From contig NC_091977.1 of NCBI RefSeq assembly GCF_044704955.1, positions 52,700,001 to 52,764,000 of the forward strand: a stretch of DNA of 64,000 nt, read 5' to 3'. Origin of the DNA: Pristiophorus japonicus. Lineage: Eukaryota. How positions within the stretch are numbered: the first letter of the stretch is position 1; each line of letters begins with the position of its first letter. This document shows positions 1-12,759 of this stretch, one piece after another. Position numbers and translations under genes: made by a program. The notes beneath the pieces are model-generated. The model saw nothing but the letters and a program-made list of their open reading frames with translations, was not told where the DNA came from and made no database searches.

Positions 1-59
1 AGTGTGTTCTTAATTCCGGCGGAATCTCGATTATCTGCCAGTTTCCATTATGGCCGTGG

Positions 60-1960
60 TAATTCCCTCCACTCTGATGGGCAGTCGGAAGCTCCGCGGT
101 ACCCACAGGCCTTTCCCACACAAATACCACAGGCTTGATTGAATTGTGATGGTCTGTCACAAGATCTTCTTTCTGTTAAATGTGCACTGTTCCAAACGCT
201 TGTGAAAAGTCCAGCAGCTTGTTCTGGCCATTAAAGAGAAAGTGGGGGAGAGTGTCGACCCCACAACCAGCAGCCATAATTATACGGTCAGTGGAGCTAG
301 AACACCACAAAGTTATATCAGAAGGGGCAATAACCATGAACTCCTCCCATACTGCCACTAACTAGCAGCTTTAAAGCATAAAACACAGTTCAAGTTAGTG
401 ACTGAGAGACACAGAAATGCACAGGTTATCTCCCTTTAAAACATTTAATGTTGTGTGCAAATGGAAAGAACATCCCACTGAATTAAGCGGTGACTAACTA
501 CAGTTCATAGTCATATTAATCTTCACTGCAGTTAGTTTGTAGTTCCTGAGAATAAATAAAATGACCCAATGTTTACCTGTTTACAGAGTGATCTGCTGGA
601 CTATTATCTCACATGTATATGATTTTATATTACACCTGGAAATGCTGCAACTAGTTAGAAGTGCAGATATTCAATTGCAATTGTCCAATAGAAATCGCTG
701 ACTAGCCACAGGCCTGGCTATGACGACACCGTTTTAGCCATATGCACTCATTTTAGTACAAAAAATGCATTGAACACAATTCCAGTTAATGTACTTCCCA
801 TGTATATTTGTTTAATAAACATCAGTGCGAAACTTTGAAGTTTTTCTCTTTTACTAAAGTTTGGCAATTCTGGCATGAATTGATCAGACACTGCACGTCT
901 TAGTGCAGCTTTGAGTTATTGCAAGCAGGGTAATTGCTGAGAATGTTGACTCGTACAACGAGATGCACCTGACCGGCCCCTGCTCCCCGGATGCTGCTTG
1001 CCCGTTGCCATGATGTGTTTTGTTGGAGCTGCTTGTTATTGGCTGGGCTTGACTTCTTTCGCTTGCCCGGAACAGTTATTCCAATTGGTCGAGCTGACCA
1101 TAATGACAGCTTCCCACTCCAATCAATGTTGCTGGTGTTTCCATGGTGCTGAAGTCTGACGTACCACCCATATCACACACCAATTTAGGAGTAACCAAGG
1201 AAATAAAGCACTCCGAACTGTCAAAAAAACACTAGTAAGCTCTGCATTTTGCCGTATTAGCTTAAATTTCAGCAAACTATCCAACTGCATTTCTGGAACT
1301 CTTTTGTCTGAAGACAGTAGTAGTGGGGTTTCAGAAGAGTTGACCTTGTTCAGGGTGCTCATCATTGGTCACTGTGAATTTGTTGGACTGTCATTCACTG
1401 TAGTTGGAGGGTGGCTAAATGATTGTTAGTCCCTGGAATTTGGGCCAAAAATCTTATTTTCTTGATTACTGAGGTCTTGAATCAGAAGTAATGTTGGTAA
1501 CCTACGAACTGACTTCCCCTGCAAATGAGTCTTAATGGTGCTTACTTTGTAATCTGTAACCAACAGGGAGATGTGAAGGAACATACATTGTTAAATAGGG
1601 CCATTAGTGATTAATGCACTGCTATTGACATAATGTCGGCTATAGTTGAAAATTGAGGTCTGTTCTAGTCTGAAGATGAATTGCACTAATTACATCTTCT
1701 GAAAAAATAGCCTTAAAAAATTTTCCATAAAATGCCAATTGTTACAGTTTGATCTTTTTCACAACACTTGCTCTTGTCTTCATGGCTGGACAACAGTTTT
1801 CATAAGCCAACCAAGCTTTTGATGAACCAAAACCCCTGCCATTATTCACCACTGTGTATGGGCTAGCGTGCCCACGTTGAACAATTAACTCCTAATCATG
1901 GTAGACAGCTTACTGGAGAATCCCTGGAATGCTCACCACGTCCTCCATCACCTTCAAAGG
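60..1960 (-). mobile_element. Possible highly decayed LTR-element/ERV pol-env fossil
   Basis: Fragmentary motifs in the expected order on the minus strand: integrase Zn-finger-like ELIVQRGHASPY...PAMKT..VVKK (about 1750-1900), ITSDSRPQ (about 1470-1495), HPPT (about 1405), env-like LWYLCGK...LP-EWR (about 65-135). Confidence 0.35.
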
Positions 1961-2589
1961 GAGAAATAATATGCTACCACACATGCGTAGGCTAAAACTA
2001 TTTGTTCAGGTGAAAAAATGTACAGAGCATGAAGACTCAATAAGATACTAAAACAGTAGACTAGTTAAAACGAGAACTAGAATTAGCCTTCAACAGGTAC
2101 ATATACTTTTTATAAAAGAGATATTTCTTACAAACGCTTGGAAATGTACAGCCTCTGATGTAGATATGTGAGACTGTTTCTCACAAAGCCCCTCTGGGCC
2201 CTCCTTTCACCAGAGAGGTTAGATGCTTGATGAAATGCAGAACTGGGAGACATGAGATGAGCAATTGTGCGATAGTGGTTTTTGATGTGAAAACAGACCT
2301 TTTGAAGATCTGACCTCAACACACACACATCACAGCGAGCCATGTGTTAATGTTTTATCAAACAAGTCTCATCTTGATAATCTTCCTAGCTATAATGGTT
2401 CTTGACACCTGACCACCATTTAGAAACACAGCCCAGTTTGTCAAGTAATACACATGAACATTTCAAATAATAGGTTTCTGCCATCAAAGTAAATGTAACA
2501 TAATTTTTTTCTGAAACCAGGTATTTGCCTCTTTCCCATAAAGCTACCATCTGTCGTCCATCATTTTGAACCTTAGTGAGCGGGGACCT

Positions 2590-2990
2590 TAGTGCCTTTC
2601 ATGAACTCAGGATGTCCCAAAGCCCTTTACAGCCATTGAAGTTCTTTTGAAGTGTACTCACCTTTGTAATGTAGGAAATACGGCAATCAATTTGTACACT
2701 GCAAGTTCCCACAAACAGCAATTTTATAATGACCATATAATCTATTTAGCTGGTTGAGGGATAAATATTGGACAGGACACTGGGGAGAACTCCCCTACTC
2801 TTCTTTGAAATAGTGCCATGGGATCTTTTACATTACAGGCTCTCGGTTTAATGTCTCATCCGAAATACAGCTCCTCTAACCATGTAGTGCTACCTCAGTA
2901 CTACACTGAAGTGTTAGACTAGATTTTTCCGGAGTTGGACTTGAACCCATGACCTTTATGATTCAGGTGAGAGTGCTACCCACTGAGCCA
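2590..2990 (-). mobile_element. SacSINE1-like DeuSINE (diverged)
   Basis: Reverse complement has tRNA head TGGCTCAGTGGGTAGCAC, Deu-domain AAAGATCCCATGGCACTATTTC and an L2-type tail. Confidence 0.85.
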
Positions 2991-3534
2991 CAACGAGGAG
3001 GACAACCTTCCATTTGAACTCTAGCTAATTAAACAAATATATAAGGAATTAGCACATTAAGCCATATTTACATGAAGCTGTCAGTGAATAAGATATTAGT
3101 AACTGAGAGAACAAGGAGATAAGCCTGGAACAGTGTTGAATCCTCCTAATCCAGAGCCGTGCATTCCTGTACGATGGCTGTGGATTGAGCTCCTGGCAGC
3201 AGCAACCAATGCCGGGATAAAAATAATGCTAAAACTGTGGGATTGAAAATCATTGCAGTGCATACTCTGAAAATGTTCAGCAGTTGCTAAGGTTTGTGCA
3301 GCAGTCAAAGATTTGCTGCATTGAGGCCCCTAAGACATGGATAGCAATTTGAATTTTTAAAAAAATGCAGTTTTGGCCACAGATGTTTAACGGCAGATCT
3401 CGGAGTATGTCCATCTTCATGTCCGAAATTGTTTTCCACAAAAAGTAGCTATTTTCCTTCCTTGCTCAGAGCTCAGCCTAGAAGTTCTAATAAAGGGTCA
3501 CATGTGGACTGACCACCTGTGCATTTTCAGAACC

Positions 3535-4850
3535 ACCAACATAACCTCTCCCATCTTCACCCCTACCTTAGCCCATCGGTTGCTGAAACCCTCAGCCTCG
3601 CCTTTGTCACCTCCAGACTTGACTATTCAGACTTGACTGGGCTTCTCTGCCCAGCTTCACATCTTTCACCTCCTTCAACTTCAGCTCATCCAAAACTCTG
3701 CTACCCATATCCTATCCTGCACCAAATCCTGCTTGCCCATCGCTCACTGACTTACATGAAGGCAGAATATTATCTGAATGGTGGCAGATTAGGAAAAGGG
3801 GAGGTGCAACGAGACCTGGGTGCCATGGTACATCAGTCATTGAAGGCATGCAGGTACAGCAGGCGGTGAAGAAAGCAAATGGCATGTCAGCCTTCATAAT
3901 TAGGGGATTTGAGTATAGGAGCAGGGAGGTCATGCTGCAGCCGTACAGGGCCTTGGTGAGGCCTCACCTGGAATATTGTGTTCAGTTTTGGTCTCCTAAT
4001 CTGAGGAAGGACGTTGTTGCTATTGAGGGAGTGAAGTGAAGGTTCACCAGACTGATGCCCGGGATGGCAGGACTGACATATGAGGAGAGACTGGATCGAC
4101 TGGGCCTGTATTCACTGGAGTTTAGAAGAATGAGAGGAGTTCTCATAGAAACATATAAAATTCTGACGGGACTGGACAGGTTAGATGCAGGAAGAATGTT
4201 CCCGATGTTGGGGGAGTCCAGAACCAGGGGTCACAGTCTTAAGGATAAGAGGTAAGCCATTTAGGACTGAGATGAGGAGAAACTTCTTCACTCAGAGAGT
4301 TGTTAACCTATGGAATTCCCTGCCGCAGAGTGTTGTTGATGCCAGTTCATTGGATATATTCAAGAGGGAGTTGGATATGGCCCTTATGGCTAAAGGGATC
4401 AAGGGGTAAGGAGAGAAAACAGGAAAGAGGTACTGAGGTGAATGATCAGCCATGATCTTATTGAATGGTGGTGCAGGCTTGAAGGGCCAAATGGCCTACT
4501 CCTGCACCTACTTTTTATGTTTCTATGGCTCCTAGTCCCTCACTGTTGCAATTCTAAAGTTTTCCTTTTGTATAAATCCCTCACTATCTCTGTAATCTCC
4601 TCCGCCCCTATAACCCTGCACCTCCTTTCCCTTCACACGTGTAGGGCCCATGCTTTGGAATTCCCTCCCTAACTCCTCCAGCTCCCTCTCCATCTTTAAG
4701 ACCTTCTTCAAAACCTGCCTCTTTTATCAAACCTTTGGTCTCTCCTTCTAATAATTCTTTGGCTTACTGTCAGTTTTTCTTTATGTCTCTGTGAAGCCCC
4801 TGGGATACTTTTGTACATTAAAGGCGCTGTATAAATGCAATTTGTTGTTC
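3535..4850 (+). mobile_element. L2 LINE 3' fragment (split by CR1)
   Basis: AFVTSRLDYS and LQLIQNSA motifs; tail TTAAAGGCGCTGTATAAATGCAA-TTGTTG. Confidence 0.85.
3757..4526 (+). mobile_element. HER1/CR1 LINE 3' fragment inserted in an L2
   Basis: RPHLEYCVQFWSP...RRNFFTQRVVNLWNSLP; 3' UTR GGCCTACTCCTGCACCTA and TTCTATG-type tail. Confidence 0.95.
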
Positions 4851-5472
4851 ATATTTCACTCAATGCTAATGAAAAGCTGATTAATCTCTCTGACGCTAAC
4901 TATTTTTTCTCAGCCTGCATAGTTAGTCAGTTTACACTGCAGTCTCTGTAGGTCAGTAAAAAAAGCATCATCATTAAAATCCAAAAGCTTGGATCTGAAC
5001 AGGAATAATGGTCTGAGCTACAGACTTAAAAAAAAACAGTGGTTAGCTCAGAATAAATGAGAGGATTACTGTTGGGGACAGAGATTGGTTCAGTGGACAG
5101 ATACATCAATTTACTTTAAAAATGCAGTATATGTTCGTTGGCAGTCAGGACAGATTCTTTTTCAGAATGATTAACCCTTCTCATCCTAACCTAGTGCAAT
5201 TATCTGCACTTAATATTTTCAGTTACGTTCTCAGAATCCTGAAACTTAAAGCTGTAAGACTCCATAATGTTTTCTTCTAACTCAAAATTAATTTTTTTCC
5301 TGAATAGATCAGGGCCTGCAGCCTGTTATGAGGAAGAGCGCATTGCCCCAATTACCCCACACTCCCAATTTTACCCCTCACTTCGTGCCCCTCCAATGGC
5401 TTGCAGATGACCTGTGCCTGGGACACCACTAATGTGCCTCTTGGTTGTCCACCTGAAGATGGCATCAATTGT

Positions 5473-5911
5473 TAGCCGTGGCTCAGTGGGTAGCACCCTC
5501 GCCTCAGAGTCAGAAAGTTGTGGGTTCACGTCCCACTCTAGGACTTGAACACACAATTCTAGGCTGACATTCCAGTGCCATATTGAGGGAGTGCTGCACT
5601 GTCTGAGGTGCAGTCTTTCAGATGAGATGTTAAACTCTCTCAGGTGGATGTAAAAAATTCCCATGGCACTATTCAAAGAAGAGCAGGGGTGTTATCCCTG
5701 GCGTCCTGGCCAATATTTATCCTTCAATCAACATCACTGATGCAGATTATCTGGTCATTATCACATTGCTGTTTGTTTGAGCTTGCTGTGCGCAAATTGG
5801 CTGCTGCATTTCCTACATTACAATAGTGACTACACTCCAAACAGTACTTCATTGGCTGTAAAGCGCTTTGGGACGTCCGGTGGTCGTGAAAGGTGCTATG
5901 TAAATACAAGG
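5473..5911 (+). mobile_element. SacSINE1-like DeuSINE, full length
   Basis: A box TGGCTCAGTGGG, B box GGTTCACGTCC, Deu-domain CCCATGGCACTATT...GTCCTGGCCAA, L2-type tail TGTAAAGCGCTTTGGGACG...CTATGTAAAT. Confidence 0.9.
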
Positions 5912-6174
5912 CTATCTTATAAGAACTGACTGGTGGAGATGTTATTTCTGATTCTCTCCACTTCGATCATGACATAGTTAATTTTATTGCCCGAGGTGTT
6001 TTTTTGCGACTTAACGCCATCTGTTGATGACATCACAATGCAATGTGTGGGAGAAGTAGCCAATTTGTCATGGCTAATCTGAGCATGTGCAGTGCACTCT
6101 ACAACCAGTTCAGAGGGAGAGTGGCAGTGTGGGTGCCAGTGTAAATTCTCCCAAGTCCCAACCTGTAATATACA

Positions 6175-6558
6175 ACAACAACTTGCATTGATTATAGCAC
6201 CTTCAAAATAGTAAATGTCCCAAGGCACTACACAGGAGCATTATCAAACAAAATTTGACACAGAGCCATATAAGCAGACATTAGAGCAGGTGAGTAGGCT
6301 TTGAAGAGTGTTTAAAAGGAGGAAAGAGAAGTGGAGAGATTTAGGGAGGGAATTCCAGAGTTTAGGGCCCAGGCTACTAACTGCATGGCCGCCAATGGTG
6401 GAGCGATTCAAATTGGTGATGTGCAAGAGGCCGGAATTGAAGGAATGCAGAGATCGCGATGGGTTTTAGGGCTGGAGGAGTTAGATCGGGAGGAGCAAGG
6501 CCTGGAGGGATTTGAAAACAATAAGGAGAATTTTAAAATGGAGGCGTTGCTGAACCTT
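6175..6558 (-). mobile_element. L2 LINE 3' fragment
   Basis: STIGGHAVSSLGPKLWNSLP on the minus strand, plus L2 tail. Confidence 0.85.
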
Positions 6559-7026
6559 CAGGGCCATAAAAGTCTCACTGAAGAAGTGTATTGGTGTAAT
6601 GTTGAAGCAAATTGGCTTAAATGCAAGTTAATCATAATCATTCCTACAACCTAAACAGGCCTAGTCATAACATTGGTTTGCTCTCCATAAACTGGCATTA
6701 CCTAATCTATGCATTTTTGCCAAATTTAAAAGAGTCTGATTTAATTTACATCAAGCTGTTTCAAACTATTATCAACAGGGTGCAATGGCCTGCACTCTTT
6801 TTTTTCTAGGAACCTGTTTTTATTGTAAAGCAGTGTCCCTGAGCGCTCTCCCCATTATCCTGCACAGTATCCATTGTATTTCCTTGTTCCATGTCACTGC
6901 GAGTCCCAGTTGTACTCTGATGAGGTCAGAGACCAGTGTGCTCAGGACACTCGCACAATTCACTCATCGTGGGTGAGCTGTAATTAAAAAAAAACTCCTG
7001 ATGAACAAGACCGATATCAGCCAACC

Positions 7027-7390
7027 CTGGTTGCCAACTCTGATTGGACATATTCCTGCAGGTGTCGTCACACTCCCCAACCGCCCCTCCCCCACACTCC
7101 TGTCATTGGTCGCCTTTCATGTACATCTTCACGGTGCTCCGCCTTCCCACGCCAATTGGAAAGCAAACAGACTCTTCATTACCCGATTGGATGATTCTTC
7201 ACCGTCAGTCAAACAGCCTTTTTTTCTCATCACCGATATTTTTATGACTAATAAACAAAAGTGTTAAAAGAAAATATATAAAAAATGAATGGCCCTATGA
7301 TCTTTCTCCAGGGTTACTCGCAGCAGTGTCCTGGAGATTAGTCTTTGGTTCCTGGAGACTCCAGCGCAAGCCTGGAGGATTGGCAACTCC
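7027..7390 (+). mobile_element. Unclassified MITE with GTTGCCAA termini
   Basis: GGTTGCCAAC...ATTGGCAAC ends; homologous to the inverted copy at 37587-37853. Confidence 0.65.
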
Positions 7391-7552
7391 AGCCAGCCCA
7401 CCTGATGAAGCACATGTCTGTTGTTGTGGAATACCCTGTCACAAATCATCCTGCATGGGGAGGCCATGTGACCGATTGGCTCGGGGATATCCAGCGAGTT
7501 TGTCGTTGTTACACAGTGGTAATGAGAGCACACTTTACAGATGGGGACCCTG

Positions 7553-7682
7553 CAATGTTCCCCTTAATTTTTTGTTTTTGAGTGTGCGGCCCTCTTAACG
7601 GGCTGCACGGCTCCCTCAGGTTTCTGCACATGCGCGGGACCTCCGGACCGTTCCCCGACCGTGCAGCTTAACTGGAGCATTA
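7553..7682. mobile_element. hAT-type MITE
   Basis: TIR CAATGTTCCCCTTAA / TTAACTGGAGCATTA; perfect 8-bp TSD GGACCCTG (7545-7552, 7683-7690). Confidence 0.85.
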
Positions 7683-8632
7683 GGACCCTGTGTAAACCTA
7701 TGTGTGACAGTGCAGAGAAAGATGAGGCGAGTGGCAAAGGTTTAATATAAAGGGTGAACAAAAGGACAGCGAAATTCAAGGAACAAGAAAAGAAAACAAG
7801 CTGAAATGAGGGTTGGGAATGTACAATCTACATAGAGAAAAAATTGGCATCATTTTGAGATTTAATTGTCAGGTTTTTTTGTGGTTATGTTGCCATCCAT
7901 TTATTTTGAAGAAGAAGCAAAGACAGACAACTGAATATCTGAAGAAAATCTATTACATTTAAATCTAAAAGCATCTAAATGTCCTGTTAAAATAAGCTAG
8001 CACTCCCACATTAATATGTATCTCCTGATCTTTTTAGTAGCCAAGTCTGCTGGTAATACTGGTCGACATGCCCTGCCCTGCCCAATTAACTGATCTGTAT
8101 TACTGCATTTGAATGCTGCAGACTTAAGAGTCAAAATAAGTCTCTGTTTTCAGCAATAAAACGAGGATGACATATCCAGGACTATTATCCATCCTCTCTG
8201 TGCATTCTGCAGCTGCATTTATAGCTGTGTTGAAAAGCAAAGTGACAAAACATTTAATGTTACTAATGCAAAGACATTTTAAATGGAGATTTTCGTAAAC
8301 CCAGACCATTCCAGTTGATGAATAATCCTTGGCAAGACATCCTGTTAGTGTAATTTTTGAGGACAAAGTTTGGAATATGCTCTGCAAAATGCCAAAATGT
8401 TATTATTTGAAGAATAAACAATCTAAGTCAAATTGCTGGAGGATTCCAAGGTCATGCCACCCATAGCCTTGGCTGCTGAATAATCATCCTGCCCATTGAC
8501 TGTTTGCACGGTTTGGTTTGTGATTGGGTCTGTGCCGTGCCGACTGCTCGCCGATACGAGTGGGATTTGAAGCTTTGTGAGATGGTAGTGAGCATCTATT
8601 GCTGTTTCTGAGCTCAGTGTATGGCACCATTG

Positions 8633-8778
8633 AATGATAAGGGAGTCAAGGGTTACAGGGAGCAGGCCGGGAAGTGGAGTTGAGGCCAAGCTCAGAGCAG
8701 CCATGATCTTATTGAATGGCGGAGCAGGCTCGAGGGACCAAATGGCCTACTCCTGCTCCTAGTTCTTATGTTCTTATG
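8633..8778 (+). mobile_element. CR1 3' end fragment
   Basis: CAGCCATGATCTTATTGAATGGCGGAGCAGG...TTCTTATGTTCTTATG. Confidence 0.9.
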
Positions 8779-9192
8779 ATAGCAAAATAACCAAGGGTGC
8801 TGGCTGCGATGTGCTCTGTGTTGCTTTTTGCTATATTTATGTCAATTTTTCTTCTCTTCTGACAGCATTGACTTGCTGCTGGGGCACAGTTCCACAGGTG
8901 TTGAGGATTTTGTGGCTGTGATTTACTGCGGCTGGCAGCCAAGGCTGCCAATACTGCGGACACAAGACATTGGGTCAAAAAAGTTCATTTTGGTTTAACC
9001 TCTCGGCAGCTACTTGATCACCAGAGCATGTCTTGCTGAGCTGCTATCACGTATGTGGGATATGCCACTGATTCTCCTGAGCTTTTTTGTTTTGTTAAAT
9101 ATTTCCTGATGACCCTTTTGGATTCACCTGCTAAATTCTGACCGTTTTCTCCAGTTTTTCCGCATTGGGAAACCATTGAGTTAAAGATAAAG

Positions 9193-9581
9193 TTTTTTTT
9201 TAATTCATTCACGGGATGTGGACATCACCGGCAAGGCCAGCATTTATTGCCCATGCTTGATGGCCCTCGACAAATGAATGTCTTGCTAGGCCATTACAGA
9301 GGGCAGTTAAGAGTCAACCACACTGCTGTGGGTCTGGAGTCACATATAGCCAGACCGGGTAAGGGCAGCAGATTTCCTTCCCTACAGGACATTAGTGAAC
9401 CAGATGGGTTTTTACGGCGATCTGGTAGTTTTATGGTCACCATTACTGATACTAGCTTTTTAAATTCCAGATTTATTTAATTTACTAAATTTAAATTCCC
9501 CAGCTGTCGTGGTGGGATTTGAACTCGCGCCTCAGGGCCTCTGGCTTCACTAGCCCAGTAACGTAACCACTATGTTACCGC
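9193..9581 (-). mobile_element. tRNA-derived SINE with Meta-like central domain (MetaSINE-like)
   Basis: Reverse complement: tRNA-like head with GAGTTCAAATCC, core GGTTCACTAATGTCC-TAGGGAAGGAAATCTGC, tail GGGCAATAAATGCTGGCCTTGCC...CCACATCCCGTGAATGAATTAAAAAAA. Confidence 0.75.
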
Positions 9582-9640
9582 ATTAAATGTAGGAATTAAA
9601 TTCATGACGATTTAAAAATACAGGTTCTTTTTTAAACGAA

Positions 9641-11879
9641 GGGGGCAAAGTTAACCCCACCTTTCCGGTGGGTGGGCAGTTAATATCATTCACGTTACTT
9701 ACCTGTCCTGTAGCTGCTAGGAACTGACCAATCACAATATTAACTTACTCAACTGAGCAGGCACCAAGGGCTCTTCCCCGAGCCAGCGGGGTCCTTTTTT
9801 TACATTTGTATATCAGATCCTGATGGCGTCATCAGGGCCCGACTGCAGTCCTTACTAGGCGGCCTGAACGAGAAGCAGCAGTGATTTCCCCACCAAGCCA
9901 GCACAGCGAGTAAGCAGATCGGGGTCAGAATAGGCAGATAAATCCCTTGGACCTGATGGCTTGCATCGTAGGGTCTTAAGAGAAATAGCGGCAGGGATTG
10001 TGGATGCATTGGTTGTAATTTACCAAAATTCCCTGGATTCTGGGGAGGTCCCAGCAGATTGGAAAACTGCAAATGTAATGCCCCTATTTAAGAAAGGAGG
10101 CAGACAAAAAGCAGGAAACTATAGACCAGTTAGCCTAACATCTGTGGTTGGGAAAATGTTGGAGTCCATTATTAAAGAACCAGTAGCAGGACATTTGGAA
10201 AAGCAAAATTCAGTCAGGCAGAGTCAGCATGGATTTATGAAGGGGAGTCATGTTTGACAAATTTGCTGGAGTTCTTTGAGGATGTAACGAACAGGGTGGA
10301 TAAAGGGGAACCAGTGGATGTGGTGTGTTTGGACTTCCAGAAGGCATTTGACAAGGTGCTACATAAGAGGTTACTGCACAAGATAAAAGTTTATGGGGTT
10401 GGGGGTAATATATTAGCATGGATAGAGGATTGGCTAACTAACAGAAAACAAGAGAGTCGGGATAAATGGTTCATTCTCTGGTTGGCAATCAGTAACTAGT
10501 GGGGTGCCGCAGGGATCAGTGCTGGGACCCCAGCTATTTACAATCTATACTAACGACTTGGAAGAAGGGACGGAGTGTAATGTAGCCAAGTTTGTTGACA
10601 ATACAAAGATGGGAGGAAAAGTAATGTGTGAGGAGGACACAACAAATCTGCAAAAGGACATAGACAGGCTAAGTGAGTGGGCAAAAATTTGGCAGATGGA
10701 GTATAATGTTGGAAAGTGTGAGGTCATGCACTTTCACAGAAAAAAATCAAAGAGAAAGTTATCATTTAAATGGAAAAAGATTGCAAAGTGCTGCAGTACA
10801 GCAGGACCTGGGGGTACTTGTGCATGAAACACAAAAGGATAGTATGCAGGTACAGCAAGTGATCAGGAAGGCCAATGGAATCTTGGTCTTTATTGCAAAG
10901 GGGATAGAGTATAAAAGCAGGGAAGTCTTGCTACAGCTATACAGGGTATTGGTGAGGCCACACCTGGAATACTGCGTGCAGTTTTGGTTTCCATATTTAC
11001 GAAAGGATATACTTGTTTTGGAGGCAGTTCAGAGAAGGCTCACTAGGTTGATTCTGGAGATGAGGGGATTGACTTATGAGGAAAGGTTGAATAGGTTGGG
11101 CCTCTTCTCATTGGAATTCAGAAGAATGAGAGGTGATCTTATCGAAACATATATAAGATTATGTGGGGGCTTGACAAGGTGGCTGCAGAGAGGATGTTTC
11201 CACTGATAGGGGAGACTAGAACTAGGGGGCATAATCTTAGAATAAGGGGCCGCCCATTTAAAACTGAGATGAGGAAAAATTTCTTCTATCAGTGGGTTGT
11301 AAATCTGTGGAATTCGCTGCCTCAGAGAGCTGTGGAAGCTGGGACATTGAATAAATTTAAGACAGAAATGGACAGTTTCTTAAACGATAAGGGGATAAGG
11401 GGTTATGAGGAGCGGGCAGGGAAGTGGACCCGAGTCCATGATCGGATCAGCCATGATCGTATTAAATGGCGGAGCAGGCTTGAAGGGCCATATGGCCTAT
11501 TCCTGCCCCTATTTCTTATGTTCTTATGTAAAAGGTAAGTATTTACATTTTGTTTTTAACTTTCCTGCTTGGTCCCGCAGGAGCACTCCACAAGGGAAGC
11601 TTAGACGTCTCCTGGCATGACACCCCTCCCCACTTTCCCAATCACGGGGTTCCCGTGGGATGTCCCAGCAGCCGAATCTACCACTTGCCTTCTGCCGGCC
11701 AGTGACGTCTGGGTCACGTGATTTCCTGCTACTTCCCACTCCGAACAGGTGGAAAGTTGGCCGGCAGGATTTAAAACAAGGCCCAATTGCCGGGAGTCAT
11801 TCTGCTGTGAGCGGGCAAGAAATTAACTCCCCAGCACGGTTCCCACCGGAAGCTCCACTGGCAGTTAAAATCCAGGCCC
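9641..11879. mobile_element. Diverged inverted-repeat element split by the CR1 at 9935-11529
   Basis: Left end TTAAC...TTCCGGTGGG...GGGCAGTTAAT matches the reverse complement of the right end ATTAACTCCCC...CCCACCGGAA...GTTAA. Confidence 0.45.
9935..11529 (+). mobile_element. HER1/CR1 LINE, 5'-truncated ORF2 (RT) with frameshifts
   Basis: GNYRPVSLTS, LDFQKAFDKV, PQGSVLGP, RPHLEYCVQFW, TTCTTATG tail. Confidence 0.95.
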
Positions 11880-11882
11880 ACT

Positions 11883-11990
11883 GTCCCTACATTACAACAG
11901 TGACTGCACTTCAAAAAAAGAACTTCAATGGCTGCAAAGCGTTTGAGATGTCCGGTGGTCATGAAAGGCGTTATATAAATGCAAGTCTTT
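11883..11990 (+). mobile_element. DeuSINE 3' fragment
   Basis: CCTACATTACAACAGTGACT...GAAAGGCGTTATATAAATGCAAGT; similar tails at 16287-16410 (+) and 28232-28335 (-). Confidence 0.8.
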
Positions 11991-12759
11991 CTACTATCCC
12001 CTCCTCCCCACCACATTATGATTCTGCAGTATGAACATGTCATTAGAAGGATACAGTTATGTTAATTCTGTACATATATTAAAACATTCTACAATTGTCC
12101 CTATTATCTCTTTAGGGTTTCGAGTATTGTACTAAATGCAGTAAATCAACCCAGTGCCTCAGTGGCTTAACAAATAAGTTGATGCTGCACTGAACCCAGC
12201 CCCGACTCTCACGATCACTCTGACTCTCACCAGCTGCTCCAGTGGTTGCACTGTCAGCACAGTCACACATTTGCTCAGCACTCATTGGCACAATAACAGT
12301 GATTAGTTTTCATTAAGCACTTGTTCACAAAGCCAGTAATCCCATTCAAGGCTGGGTCAGTGGACAAAGGCAAAGGTTCCCGGCTGTTTTACTAAGCAGA
12401 GCTGACCATAAATGGGTAAGTGAATTTAGCCTTAAGTGCTTGGTGCTGCACCTAAATAGGTTTAATTGTTACAAGGGGCTTAGAACCAATCTGATTAGCA
12501 GATGTGCAAAGGAAATTTCCAGCTGACTGGATTGGCGTGAAGAGGTAACCTGAGAGGCAGTGGGCTTGTATTGGTTGTGTGCTGAAGGCTGATTGATGGG
12601 CCCTGGATAACGGTTTGTGGCAGCTGGTAATCACATCGGCTTTGGCAGCCTGATAGTCGGATGCTTACACACACTAACTGGAGAGTACTGTGGACACACC
12701 ATTGCTAACAATCACCAGCCAACAGCTTGCATATAACTCCATTGTAGAAGCCCTACAGA

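Noticed and set aside
5473-5550. tRNA gene (also 43656-43735)
   Set aside because: A/B boxes are SINE heads followed by Deu domain and LINE-derived tail; no complete cloverleaf.
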